Shown: positions 18,108 to 29,138 of the stretch, piece by piece
Position numbering within the stretch: the stretch's first letter is position 1
Layout: each line of letters begins with the position of its first letter
Assembly: GCA_965197725.1 (NCBI GenBank)
Contig: CBDANQ010000061.1
Location: forward strand, 192,001 to 256,000
From: Longimicrobiales bacterium
GTDB lineage: Bacteria > Gemmatimonadota > Gemmatimonadetes > Longimicrobiales > Gaopeijiaceae
DNA: 64,000 nucleotides
Direction: 5' to 3'
The notes under the pieces: generated by a model
Database searches by the model: none
What the model saw: the letters and a program-made list of their open reading frames with translations, nothing else
What the model was told of the DNA's origin: nothing
Made by a program: the position numbers and the translations under genes

Positions 18108-20811
18108 CTAGGGACGGCTGTCCGCCGCCCCGTAGTAAATCCCGTTGAAGAGGAAGCCAAACGTCCCGTGCGGCTGTGCCCGGAAGGTGATGCTCGGGCC
18201 GAAGATGAAGAGCTTACCCTGACCGTAGTCGGCCTCGATCGCGCCGACACCGTCTTGCAGGTACCGCTCACCCCACGCCCACCCGCTTTTGAGCGGGCTC
18301 TCCGTGTCGTACCACCCGATGCGGCGCACACCCTGCGCTTCCGCACCTGCCATCAGCGCGAATGTTGGGCTATGGCTGAAGAGTACATTCACGCGTTCGC
18401 CGAAGCCGTGCGTGAGCGGGCTCCCATGGTCGACTTTCATATCCAGGACCGAGCCGGGCGTGAAGTACTGCTCGCGCGTGAGTGGGCTTCCGTTCTCGAT
18501 GAGGTGGTTGCTCACCGGGCAAGCCGGCGTGCCGCGCGAGGCTGGCCGAGGAGCCGATCGTGATCGCCGCACCCCCGTTTCGCACGTAGTCCAGAATCCG
18601 CGGCACCGTGCCGTCGACCGAGACGTTCCCCATGCGGCCGCGGTACTCTTCGGGAATCGTACTCGGATCAGGGCCGGGACCGCGCCCGTCGCGACCGTCC
18701 TCTTCGGCTGGGATGGCTCCGTCCTCGAACACGAGCACGTCGTACTGGGAGAGGTCGGCATTGTCCAGGTCCGGCGGATACAACACGTCGAAGTCGAACT
18801 CGAAGTCCTCGAGGATCATGCGTGTCCACCCCGACGGCATCGACCCTCCGTATTGATCCCACAGTCCGATCTTCACCGGCTCGAGCTCCATCGTGTTCCC
18901 GGCGGGGCGGTCGGCCACACCGACGAAGCTGAGCCCCTTCTCTACCGCTAGCGACTCTACGGTGGCGTGATCGGTCTCGAGGTAGAACGCGCCGGCGCTG
19001 AAGCTCCGCCCGCCCACATCAAGCTCGTCCGTATACCAATGCGCGCTGCCGCCCGCCGCGAGCACTCGATTCACCGCGGTGAAGGCGTCGTTGATGTGGT
19101 CCACCACGTAGCCGCGAGCGTTGGCGGCTCCGGCCACCATGCCGGCCGCGGGAGCCGAGATGATGTCGTCGATGAGGTCGAAGGGGCCGTCGAAGCCCTC
19201 CATGATGCGATCGAACTCGACGCCCATCTGCCAGGCCAGCGTCCAACCGGTGTTGTCGTACGGCGCGGTCGGCGGCGCGCCCGGGTAGGCGAAGTCGTTC
19301 GGATGCTGCTGCTTCTCGAACATGTCGAGCACGTGCGGCCGGAACGCCTGAGCGCCCTTCACCACGTAGGATCCCTGCGCGTACCGAGTGCCGGTGACCG
19401 TGAAATCCGCGCTCGCTCGGTGCACGTCCACGCCGTTGTAGAGCAGCGCGTTGACGAATTTCGTCGCGGTCAGGAAGTCACGCTGATCCGACGGAATGAT
19501 GAAGCCACGCGGGTCGCGATCCGCCGGATCGTGCAGGACCCGCTCCCAATCCGCCCGAGTGCCCTCCTCAATCACTTCAGCGGCGTCGTCGATCTCGAAG
19601 GGAAACGTAGTCCACGAGTCGGTGTTTCCGCGCTCGATGGCGTTGGTGCCCATCTGCCAGATGTTGAACAGCAGGTGGTCCGAGTTCCGCGACGCGAAGT
19701 CCAGAACCGCCCAGTTTGCGGTCTGCGAGTACTCGATCGACTGGCGAAAATGCCACGGACCGGGCTCTACGGGCAGAGGGAGATCCGCCCTCGGCATCTG
19801 TTGCCTGGGGAGGAACTGAATCTCGATCGGGGTCGGGTGGCCCTTCGTTTCGGTGAGCAGACCGATCATGTTCTTGAAGTACGGCGTGGTGCGCAGGCCA
19901 CCGTTCCACCACGTGGAGTAGCTTGCGCCGGAACGCATCGTGGTGCCGCCCTTGCCCTCGCGTACGAAGCGCTGGTGCATCGCCGAGCCGACCTGGTCGA
20001 GCCCCGTGATGATGAGCGGGTCGAGGTAGTGGTTCGGAGGATCTCGGAAGGGCGGCGCGAACATTATCGTGCCGTCCGGGCCCGTCTGGTGGTGGTTGTA
20101 CACGATCTGCGGGTACCAGACGCGATAAATCGACGTGTTGATGTTCTGTGACTCGGCCAGCGCGGCCATATAGAAATCGCGGTTGTTGTCGTGCCCGGCG
20201 TACTTGTTGTAGAGCACCGGCACCGCCCGTGTGCTGCGTGCCATCGGGTCGTCTTGCCGCATATACCAATTCGCGACGAGCGCGTGGCCGTCGGGGTTCG
20301 CGTGCGTCGCAAGAAGGATGACCTTGTCGAGGATGCGCATCGTCTCGGCATCGGTGTAGTCGCTCAGCCGATACACGAGCTCCATGAGCTGCTGGGCCCC
20401 GAGCACCTCGGTGGCATGCAGACCGCCGTCGATCCAGACCGTCGCCTTCCCCTCCAAGGCCATGGCGCGCGCCTGAGCCTCGCTGACTCCTTCAGCTTTT
20501 GCCATCGCGCGCGCGATCTCGCGATAGCGGTCGATGCGCGCATGGTTCTCGGGAGAGGTGATGATCGCCTGTAGATGCGGCCGACCCTCCTCGGTATAGC
20601 CGATGGTGTCCAGGATCATCCGGTCGGACTCGCCGGCCAGCTTGATCCAGTACGCGTGTAGGGCTTCGTAGTTGGGCAGCATGTAGTCTGCGCCGATCTC
20701 GTGCCCAAACTGCTCTTCCGGCGTCGTAACCCGGTACTGGGCCCAGGCGGGCATCGCGAAGAGAAGACCTGCGACCGTCAGGAGCGCAGACCGGAATAAG
20801 CGCTTCGTCAT
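18108..20811 (-). pseudogene. M14 zinc carboxypeptidase-like secreted protein with +1 frameshift near 18518
   Basis: GGLHATE, NNRDF, HHQT motifs; ...ARHAGLP continues as VSNHLIENG... only in another frame (CCC run at 18517-18519); real mutation or assembly error. Confidence 0.75.
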
Positions 20812-20863
20812 GCTTCGTTCCTCTCCCATCTTGTTGGGCGACTCAAGGGGTTTGAGCAGTCAA

Positions 20864-22675
20864 TTAGTAGTCGACCGGCCTGAGATAGAACTCGCCGATC
20901 GCGCTGGAGGACAGTACCGCGACAGTCGGGAGCTCCCGCTTCCAGTGCGTGCTCTGCAGACGCCGCCGAACGACCTCGACCGCCTCGGGGTCGAACGCGA
21001 CGCGGACGAGCTCCTTCGCGCTGTAGCCGCGCACCATGGCGTTCAGGATTGGATCCGCGTCGTGATAGGACACTCCGATCTCATCCTCGTCGCTGACGCC
21101 CTTCACGAGATCAGCCGTAGCCGGCTTCTCGACGATCACATCGGGCACACCGAGGTGGCGCGCCAGCGCCCACACCTGCGTCTTGAACAGGTCCCCCAGC
21201 GGGTTGATCGGAGGCGAGTCGTCGGCATGCCACGTGAAGTACCCGAGCAGCCGTTCGCTCTTGTTGCCGGTACCGAGCGGAAGCGCACTCAGGCGGGCCG
21301 ATTGATCGAAGAGGATCACGGCGCGGAGGCGTGCCATCAGATTGCCCTTGCGCAGCGGCGAGATATCGGGCTCGTACTTCTCGACGTACCGGTCGATCGG
21401 ATCCGAGATCTCGATCGTGCGGGCGTGCGCGCCGGTCGCCTCGAGCGCCATCGCCGCGTGCTCGAGACTCTCGTCGCTGGATGTTCGGTACGGCAGCCGG
21501 AAGCCGTACACGTTGTCAGCGCCCAGTGCCCTACAGGCTAGGAAGAGTGAGACCGCCGAGTCGACCCCTCCGCTAACGCCCACGACGACGCGCTCGAAGC
21601 GACGTCGCCGCCGCACCTCCTCGCGGATGAACTCCACCAGCGTGCGTTCGACGAGCTCGAGGTCGAGTTCCAGCTCGGAAGGGTTCTTGAGCGCCGCGTC
21701 GTCCGTGGGGATCGGTCCGCGCCCCACCAGCGCCGATGTCGGGTCTTCTGGGTCCCGTTCGGCCTCCGGGTCGTCCTCGACCTCAGAAGCACCCGCCCTC
21801 GGGCGTGTCGCTTCCAGTGACCGCTGGAGGTGGGGCAACATTTGTTCGAGGTCGGACAGGAGCGGTGAAACGACGCGGGCCCGGTCGATCGACGAAGCGT
21901 CGAGGGAGGCGATCGTCACGGCCTCGTCGAGGAGGGGTCCGCGTGCGAGCACCCCCCCGTCCGGTGCGACCGCAATCGACCCGCCGGGGAAAAGCTTGCC
22001 GCCCTCGGACCCGACAAGCTGAGCGACGACCACGAATACCCCGTGCTCGATCGCAGCGCCGGGGGCGACCTGCTCCCACCGCTCGAGGTTGGCGGGACGT
22101 CCGCCCGAACCCGCGGTGAAGTCTCGAGCAGGCGAAGCGCTGACGACCACCAGAAGCTCAGCGCCACCCAGTGCCAGGATCGTCGCAGGCAGCGAGTGCC
22201 ACATCTCCTCGCATATCATGATGCCGACGCGCCCGAACCGCGTATCGAAGGCCCGAATCTCCGCGCCCGTCTCCACGAACCGAGCCTCGTCGAAGACACC
22301 GTACGTGGGCAGAAACATCTTCCGATGCACGTGTCGCACGGCCCACGCGCCGTCGCCCGCCTCGAGGTAGACGGCGCTGTTGTGCAAGCGCCGGCGCCAG
22401 CGCTCGTAAAAGCCGATCACGACGTCGGGCCCGCCTGCTGGCGGTGGGCCGAGCCTCTCGATCAACCGCTCGACCGTCAGCGCGGCCTCTGCGACACCAC
22501 CCTCGAGGAAGTATCCGCTGAGCGCCGCCTCGGGAAAAACCATCAGGTCGGTCTGGTTCGCATGGGCCCCGATAATATCGCATGCGGCCTGAATATTCCG
22601 GGCGATATCAGCCTTCGTGGGCTTGAACTGTACCAGCGCCACCCGGAGCGGAGGGCGGGCCTCGGTTGGGCTCAT
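20864..22675 (-). CDS. nadE: Glutamine-dependent NAD+ synthetase (nitrilase domain + NAD synthase domain)
   Basis: FPE, HRKMFLP, ICEEMW triad; VSGGVDSA, GTGNKSE, KPATADL. Confidence 0.9.
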   Translation of the reverse strand: MSPTEARPPLRVALVQFKPTKADIARNIQAACDIIGAHANQTDLMVFPEAALSGYFLEGGVAEAALTVERLIERLGPPPAGGPDVVIGFYERWRRRLHNSAVYLEAGDGAWAVRHVHRKMFLPTYGVFDEARFVETGAEIRAFDTRFGRVGIMICEEMWHSLPATILALGGAELLVVVSASPARDFTAGSGGRPANLERWEQVAPGAAIEHGVFVVVAQLVGSEGGKLFPGGSIAVAPDGGVLARGPLLDEAVTIASLDASSIDRARVVSPLLSDLEQMLPHLQRSLEATRPRAGASEVEDDPEAERDPEDPTSALVGRGPIPTDDAALKNPSELELDLELVERTLVEFIREEVRRRRRFERVVVGVSGGVDSAVSLFLACRALGADNVYGFRLPYRTSSDESLEHAAMALEATGAHARTIEISDPIDRYVEKYEPDISPLRKGNLMARLRAVILFDQSARLSALPLGTGNKSERLLGYFTWHADDSPPINPLGDLFKTQVWALARHLGVPDVIVEKPATADLVKGVSDEDEIGVSYHDADPILNAMVRGYSAKELVRVAFDPEAVEVVRRRLQSTHWKRELPTVAVLSSSAIGEFYLRPVDY

Positions 22676-22867
22676 GGACGGTGGATCTCGTTTGAGTCTC
22701 GGCCTCATGCCTCCGACCCTTTTCTGGACCGATGGGTGAAAAGTATCCCTTCGGTCCATATGTTGCAGGGGTGGGTCCCGCAGGCCCTGGTAATGCACGG
22801 AACGCGGTCCCGTACGCGGGGGTTAGAGGACACATATGACGACTACGCCGACGCCGAGGGCGCCCGC

Positions 22868-24682
22868 ATGAGATACCGTTTCGCAACGTTGACGCTGATC
22901 CTGGCGCTCACCGCCCCGAGTCTGGGCGGGAGTCTGGGCGCGCAAGACACCGCGACCCGTCCGAACTCGAGGGTTGAGACACCGCCCGAGCTCGAGATCC
23001 TCGCGCAGGCCGTGGAAGCGATCACGACGATGCACATGGACGGCTTCAGCGACTCCACTCTGTGGGGGGCGGCGCTCGAGGGCCTCACGCTGCTGATTCG
23101 GCGCAACTCGGACGAGGCGCTCGAAGAGCCGCTCGTGTTGGCCGACCTCCTCACCCCAGTTGAGCAGGTCGGGCAGTCGACTGAGCCCGAGATCCTGGCA
23201 CAAACCGTGGCTAGGATCTCCCGGCTGCGCATGGACGGTGTCAGCGACTCCACGCTGTGGGAGGCGGCGATCGACGGCCTCATCAGGGCGCTCGATGACC
23301 CCTATGCGGAGCTCTTCACCGAGGGCGAGTCGGATGCGTGGGAAGAGGAGACGACCGGCAACTACTCCGGCATCGGCCTCCAGATTACTCAACTCAACGA
23401 AGAGGTCACCGTCACGGCCGTCTTCCGTAGCACGCCCGCCAATCAAGTGGGGATCATCGTCGGCGACGTCATCGTAGGCGTGAACACGAACGATGCGTCG
23501 GACTGGACGACGGGCATGGCCGCGGACTCGATCCGGGGTCCGGTGGGTACCGTTGTGCTCGTGAAGATCAAGCGCGCTGGGTTCGAGGAGCCCATCGGGT
23601 TCGACATTACGCGCGCGCAGGTGCACGTACCGGCCGTTCACTACGGCGTTCTCGAGAGTGGCATCGGCTACATCTTGCTCGACCGGGTGGCGCGGAACGC
23701 CGCCCGGGAGATGAACTCCGCGCTCGCTGAGCTCGCCAATACGCGGGGGCTCGTCATCGACCTGCGTAGGAACCCCGGCGGCTTCCTCGACGAGTCGCTC
23801 ATGTTGGCCGACCTCTTCCTGAAGCCCGGCTCGACGCTCGCCAGCACCGTGCAGCGTATACCGGACGCCGAGGCGTATGAAACGGGGATCGACTCCTACA
23901 ACGACCGTTGGCCTCAGTTGGTTCCGGATCTCCCGATCGTGGTGCTGGTCGACCGCTTCACCGCGTCCGGAGCCGAGATTCTCGCCGGCGCCCTCCAGGA
24001 CTACGATCGCGCGCTCGTTCTGGGTGAACGCTCGTTCGGCAAGGGCGTCGTACAGACCGTAATGCGACTACCGTACAACCGACGCCTGCGTTTCACGACC
24101 GGCCGATGGCACACGCCGCTCGGCCGCTCGCTTCAGCGGGCAAGAGACTCACACTTCCGTCCGATCGCGGAGGACTTGGACACGTTCCCACGTGTCACGA
24201 CCGCTCAGGGGCACTCGCTCATCAACGGCGGTGGGATCTTTCCCGATCTCGCGGTGGGGGACGACACGACCACGGTTGTCGAGCGGGAGCTGATCAAGGC
24301 CGTGAACGACCACGAGGTTCCGCTGGGGCTCCGCCTCGCCGAACTCGGCTTCAAGGCCGCCAGCGCCCGCCGGGAAGACGCTGAGGGCCTGCGTCTCACC
24401 GATGCGGAGTTCGATCGTTTTATGACTCTTCTCGCGGAAGAGGGCCTCGCCGAGGACCAGCTCTCCGATTCCGGCGTCCGAAAATACTTGCGCTGGCGGG
24501 GTCGTATCAACGTGGCTCAGCGCATGGATGATCTGGGTGCGGAAGCCGACATCCGAATGGAGCGGGACCCTGTCCTGGCCGAAGCTGTGCGTCTGCTACG
24601 GACCTCGACCTCTCAGGCGCAGCTCTTCCAGGCTGCCGACGCCGAGGGGGTGCGCCGGGGTCAGGGGGCGGGAGGGCTTTAG
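22868..24682 (+). CDS. S41A carboxy-terminal processing protease (PDZ + catalytic domain)
   Basis: Signal peptide; LDDPY, YSGIG, DLRRNPGG, TASGAEI.AGALQD, SFGKG. Confidence 0.9.
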   Translation: MRYRFATLTLILALTAPSLGGSLGAQDTATRPNSRVETPPELEILAQAVEAITTMHMDGFSDSTLWGAALEGLTLLIRRNSDEALEEPLVLADLLTPVEQVGQSTEPEILAQTVARISRLRMDGVSDSTLWEAAIDGLIRALDDPYAELFTEGESDAWEEETTGNYSGIGLQITQLNEEVTVTAVFRSTPANQVGIIVGDVIVGVNTNDASDWTTGMAADSIRGPVGTVVLVKIKRAGFEEPIGFDITRAQVHVPAVHYGVLESGIGYILLDRVARNAAREMNSALAELANTRGLVIDLRRNPGGFLDESLMLADLFLKPGSTLASTVQRIPDAEAYETGIDSYNDRWPQLVPDLPIVVLVDRFTASGAEILAGALQDYDRALVLGERSFGKGVVQTVMRLPYNRRLRFTTGRWHTPLGRSLQRARDSHFRPIAEDLDTFPRVTTAQGHSLINGGGIFPDLAVGDDTTTVVERELIKAVNDHEVPLGLRLAELGFKAASARREDAEGLRLTDAEFDRFMTLLAEEGLAEDQLSDSGVRKYLRWRGRINVAQRMDDLGAEADIRMERDPVLAEAVRLLRTSTSQAQLFQAADAEGVRRGQGAGGL

Positions 24683-24712
24683 CTCTAGCCGAGCGAGACG
24701 TACAATCGCCCC

Positions 24713-25621
24713 TCAGTTTCGGGGGTGAAATCGTCGGTGCACGTCTCGGAGATATTCGCGGTCGACGTGGGTGTAGATCTGTGTGGTCGAGATGTCGGCG
24801 TGACCCAACAGCTCCTGAATCGCAGCCAGGTCCGCCCCGCCTTCCACCAGGTGGGTCGCGAAGGTGTGCCTGAGGGTGTGTGGAGAGACGTTCTTCACGA
24901 TTCCCGCTCGCCTCGCCGACTTCTTGACGAGCTTCCACACGGACTCCCGCCTCATCCGAGTCCCCCGGGCGTTGAGGTACACACGGCCCTCGCCGCGGCC
25001 CTTGTCGAGTCGCGGGCGCACCTCTCGGAGGTAGCGCTCCAGTGTCGTCACCGCCGGACCACCCATGGGCACGATTCGTTCCTTGGAGCCCTTGCCGAAC
25101 ACGGTCACGAACGCTTCATCCAGATCGAGGCCGGACAGCGGCAGGTCGACCAGTTCGGAGACTCGGAGCCCGGAGGCGTAGAGCAGCTCGAGGATCGCCC
25201 GGTCCCGCCAGAAAAGTGGTCTCTCGGAATCTGGGGCATCGAGTAGGCGCAACACCTCGGTGAGCGTCAGGAAGTCCGGCAGCTTCCGGGCAACGCGCGG
25301 ACTCTCCAAACGCTCGGTCGGATCGACCTCGAGTAGGCCTTCCGACAACAGGAAGCGGAAGTACGTGCGAACCGCGGACTGCGCCCTGCGGATCGACGTC
25401 GCGGCGAGTCCGGCGTCGTTCAATCCGAAAATCCACTCGCGGAGCAGGTCCGGGGTCACTTCCCCGGGGTCGCCCACTCCCCTCTCTGACACGGACCTCC
25501 ACCAGCGGGTGAGATCCCGTTCGTAGGCGGACACCGTGCGCGCGGAAAGTCCTCGCTCGAAGGTGATGTAGTCGTTGAACTGCTCGAACCGAAACGGGCT
25601 CGGAATCGACGACTCATTCAC
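24713..25621 (-). CDS. xerD: Site-specific tyrosine recombinase XerD
   Basis: RDRAILELLYASGLRVSEL, GKGSKER, SPHTLRHTFATHL, LLGHADISTTQIYTH. Confidence 0.9.
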   Translation of the reverse strand: MNESSIPSPFRFEQFNDYITFERGLSARTVSAYERDLTRWWRSVSERGVGDPGEVTPDLLREWIFGLNDAGLAATSIRRAQSAVRTYFRFLLSEGLLEVDPTERLESPRVARKLPDFLTLTEVLRLLDAPDSERPLFWRDRAILELLYASGLRVSELVDLPLSGLDLDEAFVTVFGKGSKERIVPMGGPAVTTLERYLREVRPRLDKGRGEGRVYLNARGTRMRRESVWKLVKKSARRAGIVKNVSPHTLRHTFATHLVEGGADLAAIQELLGHADISTTQIYTHVDREYLRDVHRRFHPRN

Positions 25622-26267
25622 CGAGGTCGCGCTCCGATGCTGTCCCGGAGTGCGGGGACGCCTCCCGCGGATGCCGCGTGCGCCACCACCAGAGGGCCAA
25701 CGGCACCGCGACCGCCACCGCGACGACGAGCAGGACGCCGTTGATGCGCCCGAGCAGCGCGCGCAGCACGTCCAGGTTGTGCCCCGCCAGCGCCCCGAGC
25801 CAGATGAGCGCACCGTACCAGATGGCGGAAGCCAAGGCGATCGGAATCGCTACGAGGATCAACGGCTGGTGGCTAACCCCTGCGAAGACCGGAACGATGG
25901 AGCGGAGCCCCGGCAAGAACCGAGTGAGGAAGATCGCCGCGGTCCCAAAGCGATCGTAGAACCTGGCCATGCGCTCCATCTGATGAGGTCTCAAGACTCG
26001 CCTCCCCCAGCCGGCCTCGAAGAACGGCTGGCCATGAATATAGCCGAGCCGATACATGGCGAGCGCGGACCCCACGTTCAACGACCACGTGGACACGAAG
26101 ATCCACCGCGGGTCCAGCTCTCCGACCGCCGAGAGGAATCCACCCAGCGCCACGAACGTATCCGCCGGGATCGCCGGCAACACGTTCTCCAACGCGGCGC
26201 CGACGCCCAACAAGACATAGACCACCGCAGCCGGAACACCCTCTACCCAGCTCAGGAAGTTGGCCAC
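25614..26267 (-). CDS. DedA family membrane protein
   Basis: LENVLPAIP, RFLPGLRS, hydrophobic helices. Confidence 0.85.
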   Translation of the reverse strand: MANFLSWVEGVPAAVVYVLLGVGAALENVLPAIPADTFVALGGFLSAVGELDPRWIFVSTWSLNVGSALAMYRLGYIHGQPFFEAGWGRRVLRPHQMERMARFYDRFGTAAIFLTRFLPGLRSIVPVFAGVSHQPLILVAIPIALASAIWYGALIWLGALAGHNLDVLRALLGRINGVLLVVAVAVAVPLALWWWRTRHPREASPHSGTASERDLGE

Positions 26268-26270
26268 GCG

Positions 26271-26771
26271 TCACACGCCTTGCGCCGAGCCACCACCGAC
26301 CTGGGACTCGATCAGCGCGACCGCGTGCACCGCGATGCCCTCCCCCGCGCCGATCCAGCCCATGCCTTCATTGCTCTTACCCTTGATCGAGATCAACGTC
26401 GACGAGATCCGCAACACCTCACCGAGACGCAAGCGCATGGCCTCCGCGTGGGGTCCGATCTCGGGGCTCTCGCAGATCACGGTGACGTCCACGTTCACCA
26501 CCCTGTAGTCTCGCGCTTCCAGGACCTGCCCGGCTCGAGCGAGCAGATCCATGGAGTCGGCATCCTTCCACTCGTCGTCGTCGGAAGGGAAATGACTGCC
26601 GACGTTTCCGGCGGCGGCCGCGCCCAGCATCGCGTCGATGATCGCGTGCGCGACCGCGTCACCATCCGAGTGCCCGGAGAGGCCGGCGTGATCAGGAATA
26701 TGCACACCGCCCAGGACGAGCTCCCTACCCTCTTCAAAGCGATGTGAGTCGTACCCGGTCCCGATTCTCAT
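26271..26771 (-). CDS. ispF: 2-C-methyl-D-erythritol 2,4-cyclodiphosphate synthase
   Basis: MRIGTGYDSH, GHSDGD, GEGIA. Confidence 0.92.
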   Translation of the reverse strand: MRIGTGYDSHRFEEGRELVLGGVHIPDHAGLSGHSDGDAVAHAIIDAMLGAAAAGNVGSHFPSDDDEWKDADSMDLLARAGQVLEARDYRVVNVDVTVICESPEIGPHAEAMRLRLGEVLRISSTLISIKGKSNEGMGWIGAGEGIAVHAVALIESQVGGGSAQGV

Positions 26772-26781
26772 GCCGCCCGCG

Positions 26782-28059
26782 TCAGTCGTCCCAGCGCCGG
26801 ATCGCCAGGCAGACGTTGTGCCCACCGAAGCCGAAGGAGTTGCTGAGCGCCAGCTCGACGGGGCGCTTGATCATGCCTCCGTGCGCGTACTCCAGATCGC
26901 AGTCAGGGTCCGGGCCCTGATAGTTGATGGTCGGCGGGATCCGGCCGGTCCGGCACGCCTGGATGCAAGCGATCGCCTCGAGCGCCCCCGCGGCTCCGAG
27001 CAGGTGTCCGGTCATGGACTTCGTGGAGCCCACGACGGTGTTGTACGCGTGATCACCGAGCACCGCCTTGATCGCCGCGGTCTCAATCGCATCGGCCATG
27101 GTCGAGGTTCCGTGGGCGTTCACGTAGTCCACTTCGTCCGGCGCCGCACCCGCGTCCTCGAGCGCCATGCGCATGGCGTTCTGAGCCCCGAACCCGTCGG
27201 GCGGCGGCGCCGTGAGGTGGTACGCATCCGCCGAAAGACCGTACCCGACGATCTCCGCGAGAATCTCGACGCCGCGCGCCTCGGCATGGTCCAGACCCTC
27301 CAATACCAGAGCGGCAGCGCCCTCACCCATCACGAACCCGTCCCGGTCGGCGGAGAACGGTCGGCTCGCACCGGCCGGGTCGTCGTTGCGAGTCGACAGC
27401 GCCCTCATGGAGGAAAAGCCAGCGAACGTCATTGGGGTAAAAGTCGCCTCACCACCCCCCGCAATCATGATGTCGGCATCGCCGTGGCTGATGTGGCGCA
27501 CGGCGTCTCCGATCGCGTGCGCCGAGGAAGCGCACGCCGACACGGTGGCGTAGTTCGGACCCTGCAGATTCCACCGTATGGAGATGAGCCCGGCCGAAAT
27601 GTCCGGGATGAACATCGGGATGAAAAACGGGCTCACACGCTTGGGGCCGCCCTCGAGCAGGCGCCTGTGCTGCTCCTCGAAGGTCCCGACCCCACCGATG
27701 CCGCTGCCGAAGATGACCCCGAAGCGGCTCGGATCCATTCCGTCTGGCACGCCGTCCGCGAGTCCGGCCGAGGGGAGCGCCTGCGCAGAGGCCGCGATCG
27801 AGAAGAGCAACACGCGGTCGAACCGCTTCGCTTCGCGCCTTTCCACGTAGTCCATCGGATCGAAACCCTTCACTTCACACCCGATCCGACAGGGGAACTC
27901 ATCGGTCGTCTCCCAGAGCGTGACGGGGCCACCACCGCTGGTGCCTGCGAGCAGCGCGTCCCACGTGCTCGGTAGGTCGTTTCCTACGGGCGATACCACG
28001 CCCATCCCGGTGACGACCACGCGTCGAGCTCGATGCCCCGGCTCCTGCCCCGTAGTCAT
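26782..28059 (-). CDS. fabF: 3-oxoacyl-ACP synthase II
   Basis: RRVVVTG, SACASSAH, NAHGTST, KSMTGHLLG, SNSFGFGG. Confidence 0.93.
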   Translation of the reverse strand: MTTGQEPGHRARRVVVTGMGVVSPVGNDLPSTWDALLAGTSGGGPVTLWETTDEFPCRIGCEVKGFDPMDYVERREAKRFDRVLLFSIAASAQALPSAGLADGVPDGMDPSRFGVIFGSGIGGVGTFEEQHRRLLEGGPKRVSPFFIPMFIPDISAGLISIRWNLQGPNYATVSACASSAHAIGDAVRHISHGDADIMIAGGGEATFTPMTFAGFSSMRALSTRNDDPAGASRPFSADRDGFVMGEGAAALVLEGLDHAEARGVEILAEIVGYGLSADAYHLTAPPPDGFGAQNAMRMALEDAGAAPDEVDYVNAHGTSTMADAIETAAIKAVLGDHAYNTVVGSTKSMTGHLLGAAGALEAIACIQACRTGRIPPTINYQGPDPDCDLEYAHGGMIKRPVELALSNSFGFGGHNVCLAIRRWDD

Positions 28060-28083
28060 GCTGCCTTTACGGCGCACAGCGAC

Positions 28084-28326
28084 TCAGTCTTCGCGGTTTT
28101 CCTTCAGATATGTGATCGCATCGCCAACGGTCCGCATCTTCTCCGCATCCTCATCCGGAATGTCCAGTCCGAATTCCTCCTCGAACGCCATCACGAGCTC
28201 GACCGTGTCCAGGGAGTCGGCACCCAGATCCTCAACGAACGAAGCGTCGTCCGTGACCTTCTCAGGCTCGAGACCCAACTCGTTTATGATGATCTCGCGC
28301 ACACGGGCCTCGATGGGCTCGCTCAT
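28084..28326 (-). CDS. acpP: Acyl carrier protein
   Basis: [14 protein letters not shown]. Confidence 0.95.
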   Translation of the reverse strand: MSEPIEARVREIIINELGLEPEKVTDDASFVEDLGADSLDTVELVMAFEEEFGLDIPDEDAEKMRTVGDAITYLKENRED

Positions 28327-28365
28327 GTCCCCTCCTGTTCGTTACGAAAAGGGCGGTGTGGCCAA

Positions 28366-29109
28366 CTACATGACCATGCCGCCATCGACCGCCAAGACCT
28401 GGCCGGTAATGTAGCGCGCAGCAGGGCTCACGAGAAACCGCACGACGCCCGAAATATCGTCCGTCTCACCGAGCCGCCCGAGGGGGATCTGGCCCTGTAG
28501 GCCCTCGATCTGATCCTCGGTCAGCTGCGCGGTCATGTCGGTGCGAATGAAGCCGGGCGCGAGCGCGTTACAACGGACCCCCCTGGAAGCCAATTCCCTG
28601 GCCACGCTCTTGGTCATCCCGATCATACCAGCCTTGGATGCGGCGTAGTTGGTCTGCCCCGCGTTGCCGACGAGCCCCACGACGGACGCGATGTTCAGGA
28701 TCACGCCGTCGCGCTTCTTCATCATGCCACGCGTTACAGAACGAGTGAAGTTGAACGCACCCTTTAGGTTAGCGGCTATCACCTCATCGAACTCCTCATC
28801 TTTCATGCGCAGTAGGATGTTGTCCCGCGTGAGGCCTGCGTTGTTGATGAGGATGTCGATCGGGCCCAGGTCTTCCTGGACAGCCGCTACGGTGTCCGAG
28901 ACCTGCGTCGAGTCCGCCACGTCACACGCGAAGCCTCGGTGTCCCTCGCCCGACAGGGCGGCCGCGGCCTCCTTGGCGCGCTCACCGTTGCGGCCGATCA
29001 CGGCGATCTTGGCTCCCGCGTCCGCGAGCGACTCCGCGATCGCGAGTCCGATCCCCCGCGATCCACCTGTGACGATGGCGACCTTGTCTTCGAGCTCTCG
29101 CGCGCTCAT
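28366..29109 (-). CDS. fabG: 3-oxoacyl-ACP reductase
   Basis: TGGSRGIG, NNAG, YAASK. Confidence 0.93.
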   Translation of the reverse strand: MSARELEDKVAIVTGGSRGIGLAIAESLADAGAKIAVIGRNGERAKEAAAALSGEGHRGFACDVADSTQVSDTVAAVQEDLGPIDILINNAGLTRDNILLRMKDEEFDEVIAANLKGAFNFTRSVTRGMMKKRDGVILNIASVVGLVGNAGQTNYAASKAGMIGMTKSVARELASRGVRCNALAPGFIRTDMTAQLTEDQIEGLQGQIPLGRLGETDDISGVVRFLVSPAARYITGQVLAVDGGMVM

Positions 29110-29138
29110 CTCGTCAAAGCTCCCGTTGTGAAGCGCCT

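Noticed and set aside
18510..18525. Programmed frameshift in the M14 peptidase
   Set aside because: No slippery heptamer or stimulatory structure is evident; a simple indel or assembly error is more likely.
22043..22867. N-terminal extension of the S41 ORF to 879 aa
   Set aside because: It overlaps nadE on the opposite strand, and a signal peptide begins at ATG 22868.
24713..25621. xerD as a mobile-element integrase
   Set aside because: Typical chromosomal XerD motifs, embedded in a housekeeping operon with no att sites or cargo.
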